From Methanobacteriota archaeon (GTDB lineage: Archaea > JAADCQ01 > Methanopyri > Methanopyrales > Methanopyraceae): DNA of 64,000 nucleotides. The translations under genes and the position numbers were made by a program. Position 1 is the first letter of the stretch, and each line of letters starts with the position of its first letter. The notes under the pieces were generated by a model that worked only from the letters and a program-made list of their open reading frames with translations, ran no database searches and was not told where the DNA came from. Below are positions 32,263 to 40,856 of the stretch, piece by piece. The stretch is taken from positions 96,001-160,000 of the forward strand of contig JAMOPO010000027.1 of the NCBI GenBank assembly GCA_027064425.1, written 5' to 3'.

Positions 32263-33069
32263 CTAGGCCTCCCCCAGCATCTCCTTGAGCAGCTCCTTCG
32301 CCTCGCCCAGATCCAGCGGGGGCTCGTCCACGCCGAGCTCCCGGAGCAGCTCCACGTGCTCGGGCGGCTTCAGCCCCGCGGACCGCATCAGGTCCACGTC
32401 GGTGAGCACCTCCTCCGGGGTACCGTCGGCGATCACGTCTCCCCGCTTGATCACCACCACTCGGTCCGCCAGCTCCGCCGCCACGTCCACGTCGAACGTC
32501 GTGAGCACCAGGGTGAACCCCATCCGCTCCTTCAGCTCGGAGATCAGCCGCACGAACCTCCTCGTCGCCCGGTAGTCCAGCCCGGAGGTCGGCTCGTCGA
32601 GGATCAGCAGGTCGGGCTCCGTGACCACGGCGCCCGCGAGCGCCACGAGCTTCTTCTGTCCCTCGCTGAGAAACTGCGGCGGGCGGTCCTTCAGGTGCTC
32701 GATGCCCAGATCCCTCAGCACCCTCTCCGCCCGCTCGAACGCCTCCTCCCGAGGCACGCCGCGGTTCACCAGGCCGAAGGCCACGTCCTCCAGGACGCTG
32801 GGCATGATCAGCTGGTCGTCCACGTTCTGGAACACGACTCCCAGCCGCTCCCTAACCCGCGCCGACTCCTCCGGCAGCTCGTGCCCCAGCACCTTGATGC
32901 GACCGTCCTTGGGTTTCAAAAGGCCCAACATGTGGTTCAGCAGCGTCGTCTTGCCCGACCCGTTGGGCCCGAGGACGACCACCGACTCCCTCTCCCGGAT
33001 CTTCAGCGTCAGGCCGCACACGGACCGGGTACCGTCCGGGTACTCGTGCTCCAGGCACTCGATCTTCAC
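32263..33069 (-). CDS. cbiO: ECF Co/Ni transporter ATPase
   Basis: GPNGSGKTT, VFQN.DDQL, LSEGQKK, LDEPTSGLD. Confidence 0.9.
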   Translation of the reverse strand: MKIECLEHEYPDGTRSVCGLTLKIRERESVVVLGPNGSGKTTLLNHMLGLLKPKDGRIKVLGHELPEESARVRERLGVVFQNVDDQLIMPSVLEDVAFGLVNRGVPREEAFERAERVLRDLGIEHLKDRPPQFLSEGQKKLVALAGAVVTEPDLLILDEPTSGLDYRATRRFVRLISELKERMGFTLVLTTFDVDVAAELADRVVVIKRGDVIADGTPEEVLTDVDLMRSAGLKPPEHVELLRELGVDEPPLDLGEAKELLKEMLGEA

Positions 33070-33077
33070 CGCGTAAC

Positions 33078-33783
33078 CTATCCCGGCCCACCCCCCAGGA
33101 GGAGCGCGCAGGTGACGGAGAGCAGCGTGAGCGTCGCCCACGCGGCGTCCGCCGCGGACAGGCTCGGGGGTCGCAGCGGCCGCACCCTGCCGCGGACCCC
33201 GCGGACCTCTATACTGGCCCTCAACCGCCGCGCGGAGGCGTAACCCCGGGCGACCAGCGACGCCACGATCACCCCGAGCAGCCGGGGTCGGATCCTCGCG
33301 CCGCGCACGCGTGCCGACCTGATGATGCCCTCAAGGTCGCGCATCAGCCCGTAGAAGGACCGGTGAAACAGCAGGGCCATCTCCGCGAGAGGACCGGGCA
33401 TCAATCGCGCCAGCGAGGACCACAAGGCGTTGAAAGGGGGTGGTCAGGGTCACGAGCAGCGTCGCCAGCAGGGCGGTGAAGCCGCGGGCCGCGTAGAGCG
33501 CGACGTCCCTCGCGGGGACGCCAGTGGGTAGCATCAGTACCAGAATCGCCCCTAGGAAGCCCGCGGGGAGGGCCGCGAGCCTCAGCAGCACGCGCCACGG
33601 AATCCGGGCCGCCAGCGCCCCCGCCAGGTAGGGGAGGGAGGGGATCAGGGCGCTCCAGGGGTCTCGCACGACGAGCAGGGCGACAAGGGTCATCGCGAGG
33701 CAGCCCAGCTTGGTCACCGGGTCGACCCGGTGAAGGACGGTGTCCGCCGCCAGCGACCACTCCAGCACTTCCTCCACGGTCAA
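33078..33783 (-). pseudogene. cbiQ: ECF transmembrane component CbiQ, split by an apparent +1 frameshift near 33433-33440
   Basis: N-terminal LHRVDP..KL in one frame and ...RG C-terminal half in another; removing one base in CCCCCTTT restores TTPFNALWSSL. Confidence 0.7.
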
Positions 33784-33786
33784 CGG

Positions 33787-34365
33787 CTAGCGCACCCATT
33801 CCGGCATCATCCTCTCCAGCGCCACCACGGCGTGGGGCGTGATCAGCGCCTCGAGCACCGCCACAAGGACCCAGTTCGGCGTCAGCGTGACCAAGAAGTA
33901 GGTTGCGGAACGGCCGGTGGCCCAGGCGACGACGAACGCCGTGACGAACGCCGTGATCGTCAGGACGACGAAGGTGGCGATCCCCGCCGACACCAGCGGG
34001 CTCAGTACCGCTCTCAGCCCCCGGTACAGCGCCCACACTCCCGCGCACTCGGACCAGTTCAGCAGCGTGTTGAGGCCGACGATGGTGATCCCGCCGTGCC
34101 CCAGCAGCGCGCACGCCAGGTTCACCAGGAAGACCACCGGGGCCGACGCCCAGGGGCCCAGGAGTATTCCTATCAATCCCACCAGGCTAACGTGCGCGTG
34201 GAGCAGCGGGATCTGCATCGCGGCGAACGATAAGCCGGCCAGGATGCCGGCCGGGACGACCTTCTCCCGGGGCGTCCTGTAGGCGCCCAGGGCGACGAGC
34301 GCTCCCGCCGCGGCGTAGAGGACCGCGCACCACTTAATCGGGATCACGCCGTCGGGCAGGTGGAC
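33787..34365 (-). CDS. cbiM: ECF Co/Ni substrate component CbiM/NikM
   Basis: HLPDG upstream of the track start, H......GILLGP, LLGHGGIT..G.N; true start codon unclear. Confidence 0.85.
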   Translation of the reverse strand, partial: VHLPDGVIPIKWCAVLYAAAGALVALGAYRTPREKVVPAGILAGLSFAAMQIPLLHAHVSLVGLIGILLGPWASAPVVFLVNLACALLGHGGITIVGLNTLLNWSECAGVWALYRGLRAVLSPLVSAGIATFVVLTITAFVTAFVVAWATGRSATYFLVTLTPNWVLVAVLEALITPHAVVALERMMPEWVR

Positions 34366-34418
34366 GTGCGCTAACCCGACTCCCCCCGAACGCGCTAGAT
34401 GAGGACCATCAAAGCTGC

Positions 34419-34440
34419 TAATACCGTCCGCGTATTAAAT
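34419..34440. promoter_or_regulatory. Palindrome TAATAC-N7-GTATTA overlapping a TATA-like TATTAAAT between cbiM and vhuG
   Basis: Perfect 6-bp inverted repeat in an AT-rich divergent intergenic region. Confidence 0.5.
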
Positions 34441-34474
34441 TCAACGCGCCGGACCGCCCGGGGACGCGCTCTCC

Positions 34475-35386
34475 ATGGGAAAGGCAACCGTGGCGACCGC
34501 GCAGCTGTCGTCCTGCGTGGGCTGTCACGTATCGCTGCTGGACCTGCACGAGCGGCTGCTTGACCTGGTGGAGGACGCCATCGACATCAAGTACTGCTAC
34601 GTGCTGGTGGACCAAAAGGAGATCCCAGAGGAGGTCGACGTGGCGCTCATTGAGGGCAGCATTCGGAACGAGGAGGACCTGGAGGTGGCGGAGGAGCTCC
34701 GGGAGGCGGCGGAGGTCGTGGTGGCGGTGGGCACGTGCGCCTGCTTCGGCGGCGTGCACGGGCTGGCCAACCTCTTCGACCGCGAGGAGCTGCTCAAGTG
34801 GGTGTACGAGGAGTCTCACAGCACGGACGACGAGGGCGAGACGCCCAGCGAGATCGTCCCGGAGCTCTTCGAGCGCGTGAGGCCGCTCGGCGAGGTCATC
34901 GACGTCGACTACACGGTCCCGGGGTGCCCGCCTAAGCCGGACGCCATCGCGGAGGTGGTCACGGCCATCCTGGAGGACCGGGAGCCGGAGCTTCCGAGAA
35001 CCAACCTCTGCGAGGAGTGCCCGAGGGAGAAGGAGAACAAGCCCATCGAGGAGCTGAAGCTCCGGACCGGGCAGGGTAAGCCGGACCCGGACAAGTGCCT
35101 GCTGGAGCAGGGATACCCGTGCATGGGCCCGGCCACGGTGGCCGGCTGCGGGGCGGCGTGCCCGTCGCGGGGACTGCCGTGCCGAGGCTGCAACGGGCCG
35201 ACGCGGGAGGCGGCCGACCAGGGCGCCGCGTTCCTGGACGCGATCGCCTCCGTGTCCTTCGAGGCGGACGTGGACGTGGAGGAGCTCCTGGACGACCTCG
35301 TGGACCTGCCCGGACGACTCTACATGTTCTCCATGGCCGCCTCGCTCCTGAAGGGACGCCGGGACGTGATCGGCGGGGGGAGGTAG
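34475..35386 (+). CDS. vhuG: F420-non-reducing [NiFeSe] hydrogenase small subunit
   Basis: SSCVGCH.SLLDLHE, GTCACFGG, PGCPP, CLLEQG.PCMGPAT. Confidence 0.93.
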   Translation: MGKATVATAQLSSCVGCHVSLLDLHERLLDLVEDAIDIKYCYVLVDQKEIPEEVDVALIEGSIRNEEDLEVAEELREAAEVVVAVGTCACFGGVHGLANLFDREELLKWVYEESHSTDDEGETPSEIVPELFERVRPLGEVIDVDYTVPGCPPKPDAIAEVVTAILEDREPELPRTNLCEECPREKENKPIEELKLRTGQGKPDPDKCLLEQGYPCMGPATVAGCGAACPSRGLPCRGCNGPTREAADQGAAFLDAIASVSFEADVDVEELLDDLVDLPGRLYMFSMAASLLKGRRDVIGGGR

Positions 35387-35387
35387 G

Positions 35388-36695
35388 GTGGCGGAGATTA
35401 AGATCCACCCGCTGACGAGGGTGGAGGGTCACGGAGAGGTCGTCATCGAGGTTGAGGACGGCGAGATCAAGGACGTCAAGTTCGCCATCCTGGCCGTCCG
35501 CGGCTTCGAGAAGTTCATCCAGGGTCGACCGGCGGAGGACGTCCCGTACATCGTGTCCCGGATCTGCGGCATCTGCCAGACCGCGCACCACCTGGCGGCC
35601 TGCAAGGCGGTGGACGGGTGCTTCGGCGTCGAGCCGCCCGAGGGAGGCCACAAGATCCGCTGGCTGATGCACCTGGGTAACATGATCCACAGCCACGCCC
35701 TGCACTTCTACTTCCTGGCCGCTCCGGACTACGTGATCGGCCCGGACGCCGATCCGCTGCAGCGGAACGTGATCCAGCTGGTGAAGGAGAACCCGGAGCT
35801 GGGCAAGCTGGCGATCGAGCTCCGCAAGTTCGGCCAGGACATCGTTGAGGCGACGGGAGGCAAGGCGATCCATCCGGTGTCCGGCGTCCCGGGAGGCGTT
35901 TCCGCGCCGGTGGACGAGGAGGACCGGGACGAGCTGCTCGACCGCGCGGAGGAGATGGTGGAGAAGGCCTACGAGGGTGCCAAGGCCGGGATCGAGGCCA
36001 TCAAGGAGACGCTGGATGAGTACAAGGAGAAGCACGACCTCGACCTGCTGGAGACGCTGGGCAACATCGAGACGTACCACATGGGCCTCGTGGCGGACGG
36101 GAACAGGCACGAGTTTTACGACGGTGAGGTCCGCGTCGTGGACCCGGAGGGCAACGAGTTCACGAAGTTCAAGCCGGAGGAGTACCTGGACGTGATCGCC
36201 GAGCGGTCCATCGAGTACTCGTACGTCAAGCACCCGTACCTGAAGGAGGTCGGGTACCCGGACGGCATCTACCGCGTCGGGCCGGGCGCCCGGCTGAACG
36301 TGTGCGAGGAGATGAAGACGGACCGGGCGCAGGAGCTCTACGAGGAGTACGTCGACGAGTTCGGCGAGTGCGTGAACTACTCGCTCACGATCAACTGGGC
36401 CCGGCTGATCGAGCTCGTGGCGGCGTGCGAGGAGGCCAAGCAGCTGCTCGAGGACGACGTGATCACCGAGGAGGATGAGTGCAAGGAGGACTACGAGCCG
36501 CAGGAGGGTGAGGGCGTCGGCATCGTCGAGGCCCCGCGAGGCACGCTGATCCACCACTACAAGACGGACGAGGAGGGCCGGATCACCGAGGCCAACATGA
36601 TCGTCGCCACGACCCACAACGTGCCCGCGATCGAGATGGCGCTGCGCGACGCCGCGAAGAAGCTTGAGGACGAGATCGTCAAACTGGCCGAATAG
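35388..36695 (+). CDS. vhuA: F420-non-reducing hydrogenase large subunit (N-terminal part; C-terminal motif supplied by VhuU)
   Basis: TRVEGHG, SRICGIC, EAPRGTL.HHY, IVATTHN; no DPCxxCxxH at its end. Confidence 0.93.
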   Translation: MAEIKIHPLTRVEGHGEVVIEVEDGEIKDVKFAILAVRGFEKFIQGRPAEDVPYIVSRICGICQTAHHLAACKAVDGCFGVEPPEGGHKIRWLMHLGNMIHSHALHFYFLAAPDYVIGPDADPLQRNVIQLVKENPELGKLAIELRKFGQDIVEATGGKAIHPVSGVPGGVSAPVDEEDRDELLDRAEEMVEKAYEGAKAGIEAIKETLDEYKEKHDLDLLETLGNIETYHMGLVADGNRHEFYDGEVRVVDPEGNEFTKFKPEEYLDVIAERSIEYSYVKHPYLKEVGYPDGIYRVGPGARLNVCEEMKTDRAQELYEEYVDEFGECVNYSLTINWARLIELVAACEEAKQLLEDDVITEEDECKEDYEPQEGEGVGIVEAPRGTLIHHYKTDEEGRITEANMIVATTHNVPAIEMALRDAAKKLEDEIVKLAE

Positions 36696-36722
36696 GTCGA
36701 CTGAATGGGGGATCGGGTCCCG

Positions 36723-36848
36723 ATGGCCGAGAAGAAGGACGTGCTGAACTACCTCGAGATGATCATCCGGAGCTACGACATCTGACTGTCGTGCGCGGCC
36801 CACGCGCTGGAGAAGGTCAGGATCCGGGTCAAGAAGCGCGGAGACTAA
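36723..36848 (+). CDS. vhuU: Selenoprotein VhuU (Sec at TGA 36783-36785)
   Basis: MAEKKDVLNYLEMIIRSYDI-U-LSCAAHALEKVRIRVKKRGD; follows vhuA; SECIS downstream. Confidence 0.93.
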
Positions 36849-36865
36849 CGCCCCCGGCCGATGAG

Positions 36866-36897
36866 GGCCCGGGGGAACCCTAACGGGACCCCGGGCC
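36866..36897 (+). promoter_or_regulatory. Archaeal SECIS element
   Basis: GGCCCGGGG-GAA-CCC-TAAC-GGG-A-CCCCGGGCC: 9-bp GC stem, GAA/A internal loop, 3 GC pairs and apical loop. Confidence 0.9.
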
Positions 36898-37167
36898 GGA
36901 TGGTCCGGGCCTCCCCCACCTCCACGCTATCCCGTACGCGAGCAGCGCGACCAGCGTCTCCAGCGGGAGTCGGTACAGACCCACCTTCTCGATCATGACC
37001 GCGTCCACGGTGGCCGAGCCGAGCACACCGGGCAGGATGGTCAGCACCCGGAACCACCGGGGAAGCCCATACCGGAGTGAGAACCAGGTGAAGGCCGCGA
37101 ACCCGGCGACCGCGAGCGCGTTCAGCACGCAGATTCTAGCGAAGACGTCCAACCGGACACCCCTCAT
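36880..37167 (-). CDS. Small hypothetical membrane protein
   Basis: About 95 aa with three hydrophobic segments; start assumed at ATG 37167. Confidence 0.5.
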   Translation of the reverse strand: MRGVRLDVFARICVLNALAVAGFAAFTWFSLRYGLPRWFRVLTILPGVLGSATVDAVMIEKVGLYRLPLETLVALLAYGIAWRWGRPGPSGPGSR

Positions 37168-37189
37168 CGTTACGAATTTCATAACGATT
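37167..37189. promoter_or_regulatory. Palindrome GTTACGA-N3-TCATAAC in the tRNA-Gln 3' trailer
   Basis: Extended inverted repeat ATCGTTA...TAACGAT; near-copy of 21655-21677. Confidence 0.55.
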
Positions 37190-37194
37190 GCCGG

Positions 37195-37270
37195 TGGTAG
37201 GGCCGCCCGGATTTGAACCGGGGTCGCGGGGTCCAAAGCCCCGCAGGATAGACCGCTACCCCACGGCCCT
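37195..37270 (-). tRNA. tRNA-Gln (UUG) with encoded CCA
   Basis: AGGGCCG/CGGCCCT acceptor stem, CGGGG-CTTTGGA-CCCCG anticodon arm, GGTTCAAATCC T arm. Confidence 0.96.
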
Positions 37271-37301
37271 GCCTCCTCCATGCGTGCCACGGCGCCCGGT
37301 G

Positions 37302-37310
37302 ATATTTAAC
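37302..37310 (-). promoter_or_regulatory. Putative TATA box for tRNA-Gln
   Basis: GTTAAATAT on the minus strand, about 32-40 nt upstream of the mature 5' end. Confidence 0.5.
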
Positions 37311-37407
37311 GATTTCGGGCGTGGGTGCGGCCTGGGTCCAAAACCTTTAACTAGGTGAAGGTTGCCGCTAGTTCTCTAATGAGAGTTGAAAGGGGGTGAG
37401 CTCAACC

Positions 37408-37533
37408 TTGATCGAGAAGAAGGCCAAGCACGAGGGAGAGATCCCACGGGACTACCGGATGTCCAGCCGGGACCCGTTCGAGCACTACTTCGTCTTCAGG
37501 CGGGGGAAGGCGGCCAAGAAGTCTCGACGGTAG
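37408..37533 (+). CDS. Putative 41-aa basic small protein
   Basis: TTG start after strong RBS GGGGGTGA (37392-37399) and AAAACCTTTAA promoter-like motif; MIEKKAKHEGEIPRDYRMSSRDPFEHYFVFRRGKAAKKSRR. Confidence 0.5.
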   Translation: MIEKKAKHEGEIPRDYRMSSRDPFEHYFVFRRGKAAKKSRR

Positions 37534-38113
37534 CCCCGGCCGCATCGAACGCGACGGCCGTGACGTAGTTCAACAGCGTGAACCGGCCCACGCGGACGTC
37601 GAACCCCTTGACGTCCGAGCACCGCTTTATCAGTCCAGCCTCGGCGCACTCCGGCAGCAGCCGCGAGATCGTTGACACGACTCTCCCCACCCACAGCCCC
37701 TCCTCCACGTCCTCAGGTGGTTCTCCCACGTAGGCCGCCCCGTCGCGCGCGTCGTCGGTCATTATGTCAAGCTTAAGCCCGTCCAGCCGGTCCAGCTCGC
37801 ACCCCTGGTACATGAACTCCTCCGGTTCGAACTCGTGCTTGACGCCCTCGATCACGTCGAACGCGCTGAACACGACCTTCGGGACCTCCTCCAGCTCCAC
37901 CCGGTGCATGCGCTCGAGCTCGCTCTCGTAGAACTCGCGCGCCTCCTCCACCGTACGGATCTCTTCGCCGTAGTACTCCTTCACGATCGGGAGCGGGCGC
38001 AGGTCCACCTCCTCCGTCCCGTGGTCCTCCGCGAGCTCGATCTTAATCCGGACGAGGGAGCGGAGCTTCTTCAGCCCCTGCTTGAGCGTCCGCCTCCTGA
38101 CCTCCAGCGTCAT
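37496..38113 (-). CDS. Hypothetical protein
   Basis: Typical codon usage; translationally coupled to the upstream regulator (ATGA overlap). Confidence 0.65.
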   Translation of the reverse strand: MTLEVRRRTLKQGLKKLRSLVRIKIELAEDHGTEEVDLRPLPIVKEYYGEEIRTVEEAREFYESELERMHRVELEEVPKVVFSAFDVIEGVKHEFEPEEFMYQGCELDRLDGLKLDIMTDDARDGAAYVGEPPEDVEEGLWVGRVVSTISRLLPECAEAGLIKRCSDVKGFDVRVGRFTLLNYVTAVAFDAAGATVETSWPPSPA

Positions 38114-38544
38114 GACTCGCGAACCTCCTCGATGATGCTCCGGACGTCCTCGCTTTCCCTGTACCGCTCCTTCAGCAGCTTAAAGAGCTTGACCAGGCGG
38201 CGGAAGGACTGCTCGTCCAGGAAGTGCTCCATGGAGCAGGCGTCGCGCTCGGCGGTCTCGGGGTCGACGCCGAGGAACCGGAGGAACTCGGTGATGACGA
38301 CGTGCCGGTTCCACACGCTGCGCCCGATCTTTCGCCCCTTCTTCCTGAGCCGGATGGAGCCGCGGGAGTACTCGACGAGGCCGCGGTCCTCCATCTTGCG
38401 GATCATCTCGAGGGCGGTAGGCTTGGAGACTCCGAGGTACTCGCTGAGCTCGGAGATGCGGACGTCTCCGTCCTTAGACTCGGAGAGCACGTAAATGGCC
38501 TCGAGGTAGTCCTCCATCCGCGGCGAGAGCTCGTTGCCGGTCAT
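38110..38544 (-). CDS. DtxR/MntR-family metal-dependent repressor
   Basis: EDYLEAIY, LGVSKPT, RH....EFL, A..DAC.MEH. Confidence 0.92.
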   Translation of the reverse strand: MTGNELSPRMEDYLEAIYVLSESKDGDVRISELSEYLGVSKPTALEMIRKMEDRGLVEYSRGSIRLRKKGRKIGRSVWNRHVVITEFLRFLGVDPETAERDACSMEHFLDEQSFRRLVKLFKLLKERYRESEDVRSIIEEVRES

Positions 38545-38618
38545 TCCCGGGTGTACCCCGATCAGGTGTGGCCGCTTCTTCTCATCGGCCGGAGGCCTCG
38601 ATCCCGGTCCCGTGATCA

Positions 38619-39326
38619 TCATCCTTCCGGCACGGGGGCCTTGACGAACCCCGTTTCGGGCAGGCTGGGCGGGTGCCAGACCTCCTTCTCGCGCAGCACG
38701 GCGACCTCCCGGACCGCGTCGTGGAAGGCGGGAACGCGGTCGATCACCCCGGAGTCAGACGTCACCGGGACCCCGGGGAAATTTACCAGTTTCTCGTCCA
38801 CCCCCTTGACCGCCGCGGCCTTCACGGGCACGTCCAGCTCCTCGCTGAGGTGCCGCTCCACGGTGGCCGCGAGCTCCCCGCTGCCGCTGACGGGCGCGTC
38901 GAACAGGACCTTGACCGAGGAGGGTTGCACGTGCTCCAGGTACTCGACCAGGAGCTCCAGCGCCGTATCCACCTCGTCCTCCTCGATCTTGGGAGACATG
39001 CGCAGGTCCCGGACGACGCCGTCGTCGCAGATCACCGCCTCGCCCTGCTCGAGGGCCGCGAGGCCGACGAGCACGTTGTAGCCGTCGATGATCAGGTCGT
39101 GTCCCTGGAGGAGCTCGGTGGGCGCCCGCTTGCCTGCGCGGGCCAGCGCCTCCATCCGGGGCCAGACGATCCGGTAGATCGCCTGCACCTCCTGGTTGCT
39201 GAGTCCCCAGGTCCGCTGGGCGGCCTTCAGCGCTCGTCGCTTGGGGATCCCGGAGTCGACCATCCTGCGCACGACCAAAAGGTATTTTTCGATAGACTCT
39301 AGGAGCAGCTTGAACTCCACCCTCAC
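38619..39326 (-). CDS. DUF434-like protein (PIN/NYN-type fold)
   Basis: IDGYNVL, DDG..RDL, FDAPVS.SGELA, TSDS..ID. Confidence 0.8.
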   Translation of the reverse strand: MRVEFKLLLESIEKYLLVVRRMVDSGIPKRRALKAAQRTWGLSNQEVQAIYRIVWPRMEALARAGKRAPTELLQGHDLIIDGYNVLVGLAALEQGEAVICDDGVVRDLRMSPKIEEDEVDTALELLVEYLEHVQPSSVKVLFDAPVSGSGELAATVERHLSEELDVPVKAAAVKGVDEKLVNFPGVPVTSDSGVIDRVPAFHDAVREVAVLREKEVWHPPSLPETGFVKAPVPEG

Positions 39327-39402
39327 CCGCCCCTGTCGATGACGAGGCTACCCCACGCCGAGTTCCCCGATGAGGAGGAATCGGGGTGAGGGCGGAGACG
39401 CG

Positions 39403-40221
39403 TTGACCGTCGCCCGCCGGGTTATTCCGTGCCTGGACGTCAAGGATGGGCGCGTGGTTAAGGGAGTAAAGTTCCGCGGGCTGCGGGACGCGGGCGACCC
39501 GGCGGAGCTCGCCGAGCATTACTACCGGGAGGGTGCCGACGAGATCGTGTTCCTGGACATCTCCGCCTCGCCCGAGGGCCGCAAGTTGATGGTGGACGTC
39601 GTCAGGCGGACGGCGGAGTCCGTGTTCATCCCCATGACCGTTGGTGGAGGCATCTCGAAGCTCGAGCACTTCCGGGAGGCGCTGTCGGCGGGCGCGGACA
39701 AGGTCTCCGTGAACACGGCCGCGGTCGAGAACCCCGAGCTCGTTTCCGAGGCGGCGGACGTGTTCGGCAGCCAGTGCGTGGTCGTGGCGATCGACGCCAA
39801 GCGGGAGCCTTTAACCCCTGAGAACGAGCACCTCGCGGACTACGTGTTCCGGGACGGGGACCGCGAGTACTGGTTCCGGGTCTACGTGCGCGGGGGCCGG
39901 GAGCCGACGGACCTGGACGCGATCACCTGGGCCAAGAAGGTAGAGGAGCTGGGTGCGGGCGAGATCCTGCTCACGAGCATCGACGCGGACGGCACGAAGG
40001 AGGGGTACGACCTGGAGCTGACCCGGGCCGTCTGCCGCGCGGTGAGCATCCCCGTTATCGCCTCGGGCGGCTGCGGGCACCCCAGGCACATGCTGGAGGT
40101 CTTCGAGGAAGCGGACGCGGACGCGGCGCTGGCGGCCTCGATTTTCCACTACGGTGAGTACTCCATCCGGGAGGTAAAGGAGTTCCTGGCGAGCCGGGGA
40201 GTGCGCGTACGCCCGTGCTGA
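39403..40221 (+). CDS. hisF: Imidazole glycerol phosphate synthase subunit HisF
   Basis: [46 protein letters not shown]. Confidence 0.97.
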   Translation: MTVARRVIPCLDVKDGRVVKGVKFRGLRDAGDPAELAEHYYREGADEIVFLDISASPEGRKLMVDVVRRTAESVFIPMTVGGGISKLEHFREALSAGADKVSVNTAAVENPELVSEAADVFGSQCVVVAIDAKREPLTPENEHLADYVFRDGDREYWFRVYVRGGREPTDLDAITWAKKVEELGAGEILLTSIDADGTKEGYDLELTRAVCRAVSIPVIASGGCGHPRHMLEVFEEADADAALAASIFHYGEYSIREVKEFLASRGVRVRPC

Positions 40222-40856
40222 GGGTCCTCCTCCTGTACCCGGAGCGCGAGCGGTGCAAGGTGCTGACGGCGTTCGAGGAGCTGCCGGAGGACCTGAAGCC
40301 CGACACCAGGATCACCCTGGTCAGCTGCCGGGGTCGCCCCGAGGGACCCAAGACCGTCGTCTCCGGCGGCACCGCGGTGGTCACGCTCCCGGCCCGGGGC
40401 GACCTGACCCAGGTGAAGCTGTCCCTGGCGCACGAGCTGGCGCACGTGCTCCAGGCCGAGCGCGGGGTGCTGCCGGGGGACCGCGTGCCACCGCTCCGCG
40501 CCCTCTCCCTTCCGATCGAGTCCGGGGCGGAGGAGCTGGTACTCAAGACCATACCCGGGTCGATCGACCGGAGGATCGAGATGGGGTTGGAGCTGGTTCG
40601 CAGGATGTCACCGCGGGACTTCCTCACGGACCTCGAGCGATCCTTGGTGCTGGAGCCCGTGCGCATGGCGGCGGAGCGGCTGGGCGTGCGGGCGGAGGTG
40701 CCCGAGGTGGAACCCGTGCGCCGGAGCGCGCGCCGGGTTAAGGAGGAGCTGGTGCGCGCGGCGGAGGAGGTGGACCCGTGGGACCCGCTGGCCGTGCGCC
40801 GGTACGTTGAGGACGCGCTGGCGGCCGTTAACTCAGCTCTTCGGCGAGTTTCCTGA
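40215..40856 (+). CDS. Hypothetical protein with HExxH motif (putative zincin)
   Basis: [10 protein letters not shown]; overlaps the hisF stop. Confidence 0.55.
   Translation: MLRVLLLYPERERCKVLTAFEELPEDLKPDTRITLVSCRGRPEGPKTVVSGGTAVVTLPARGDLTQVKLSLAHELAHVLQAERGVLPGDRVPPLRALSLPIESGAEELVLKTIPGSIDRRIEMGLELVRRMSPRDFLTDLERSLVLEPVRMAAERLGVRAEVPEVEPVRRSARRVKEELVRAAEEVDPWDPLAVRRYVEDALAAVNSALRRVS

Noticed and set aside
21600-37400. Possible integrated element bounded by the two tRNAs and the repeated 23-mer
   Set aside because: No integrase, no duplicated tRNA 3' end, and the intervening genes are housekeeping
37386-37568. 60-aa track ORF
   Set aside because: Its start lies upstream of the obvious RBS; the alternative frame 37408-37533 fits the RBS better
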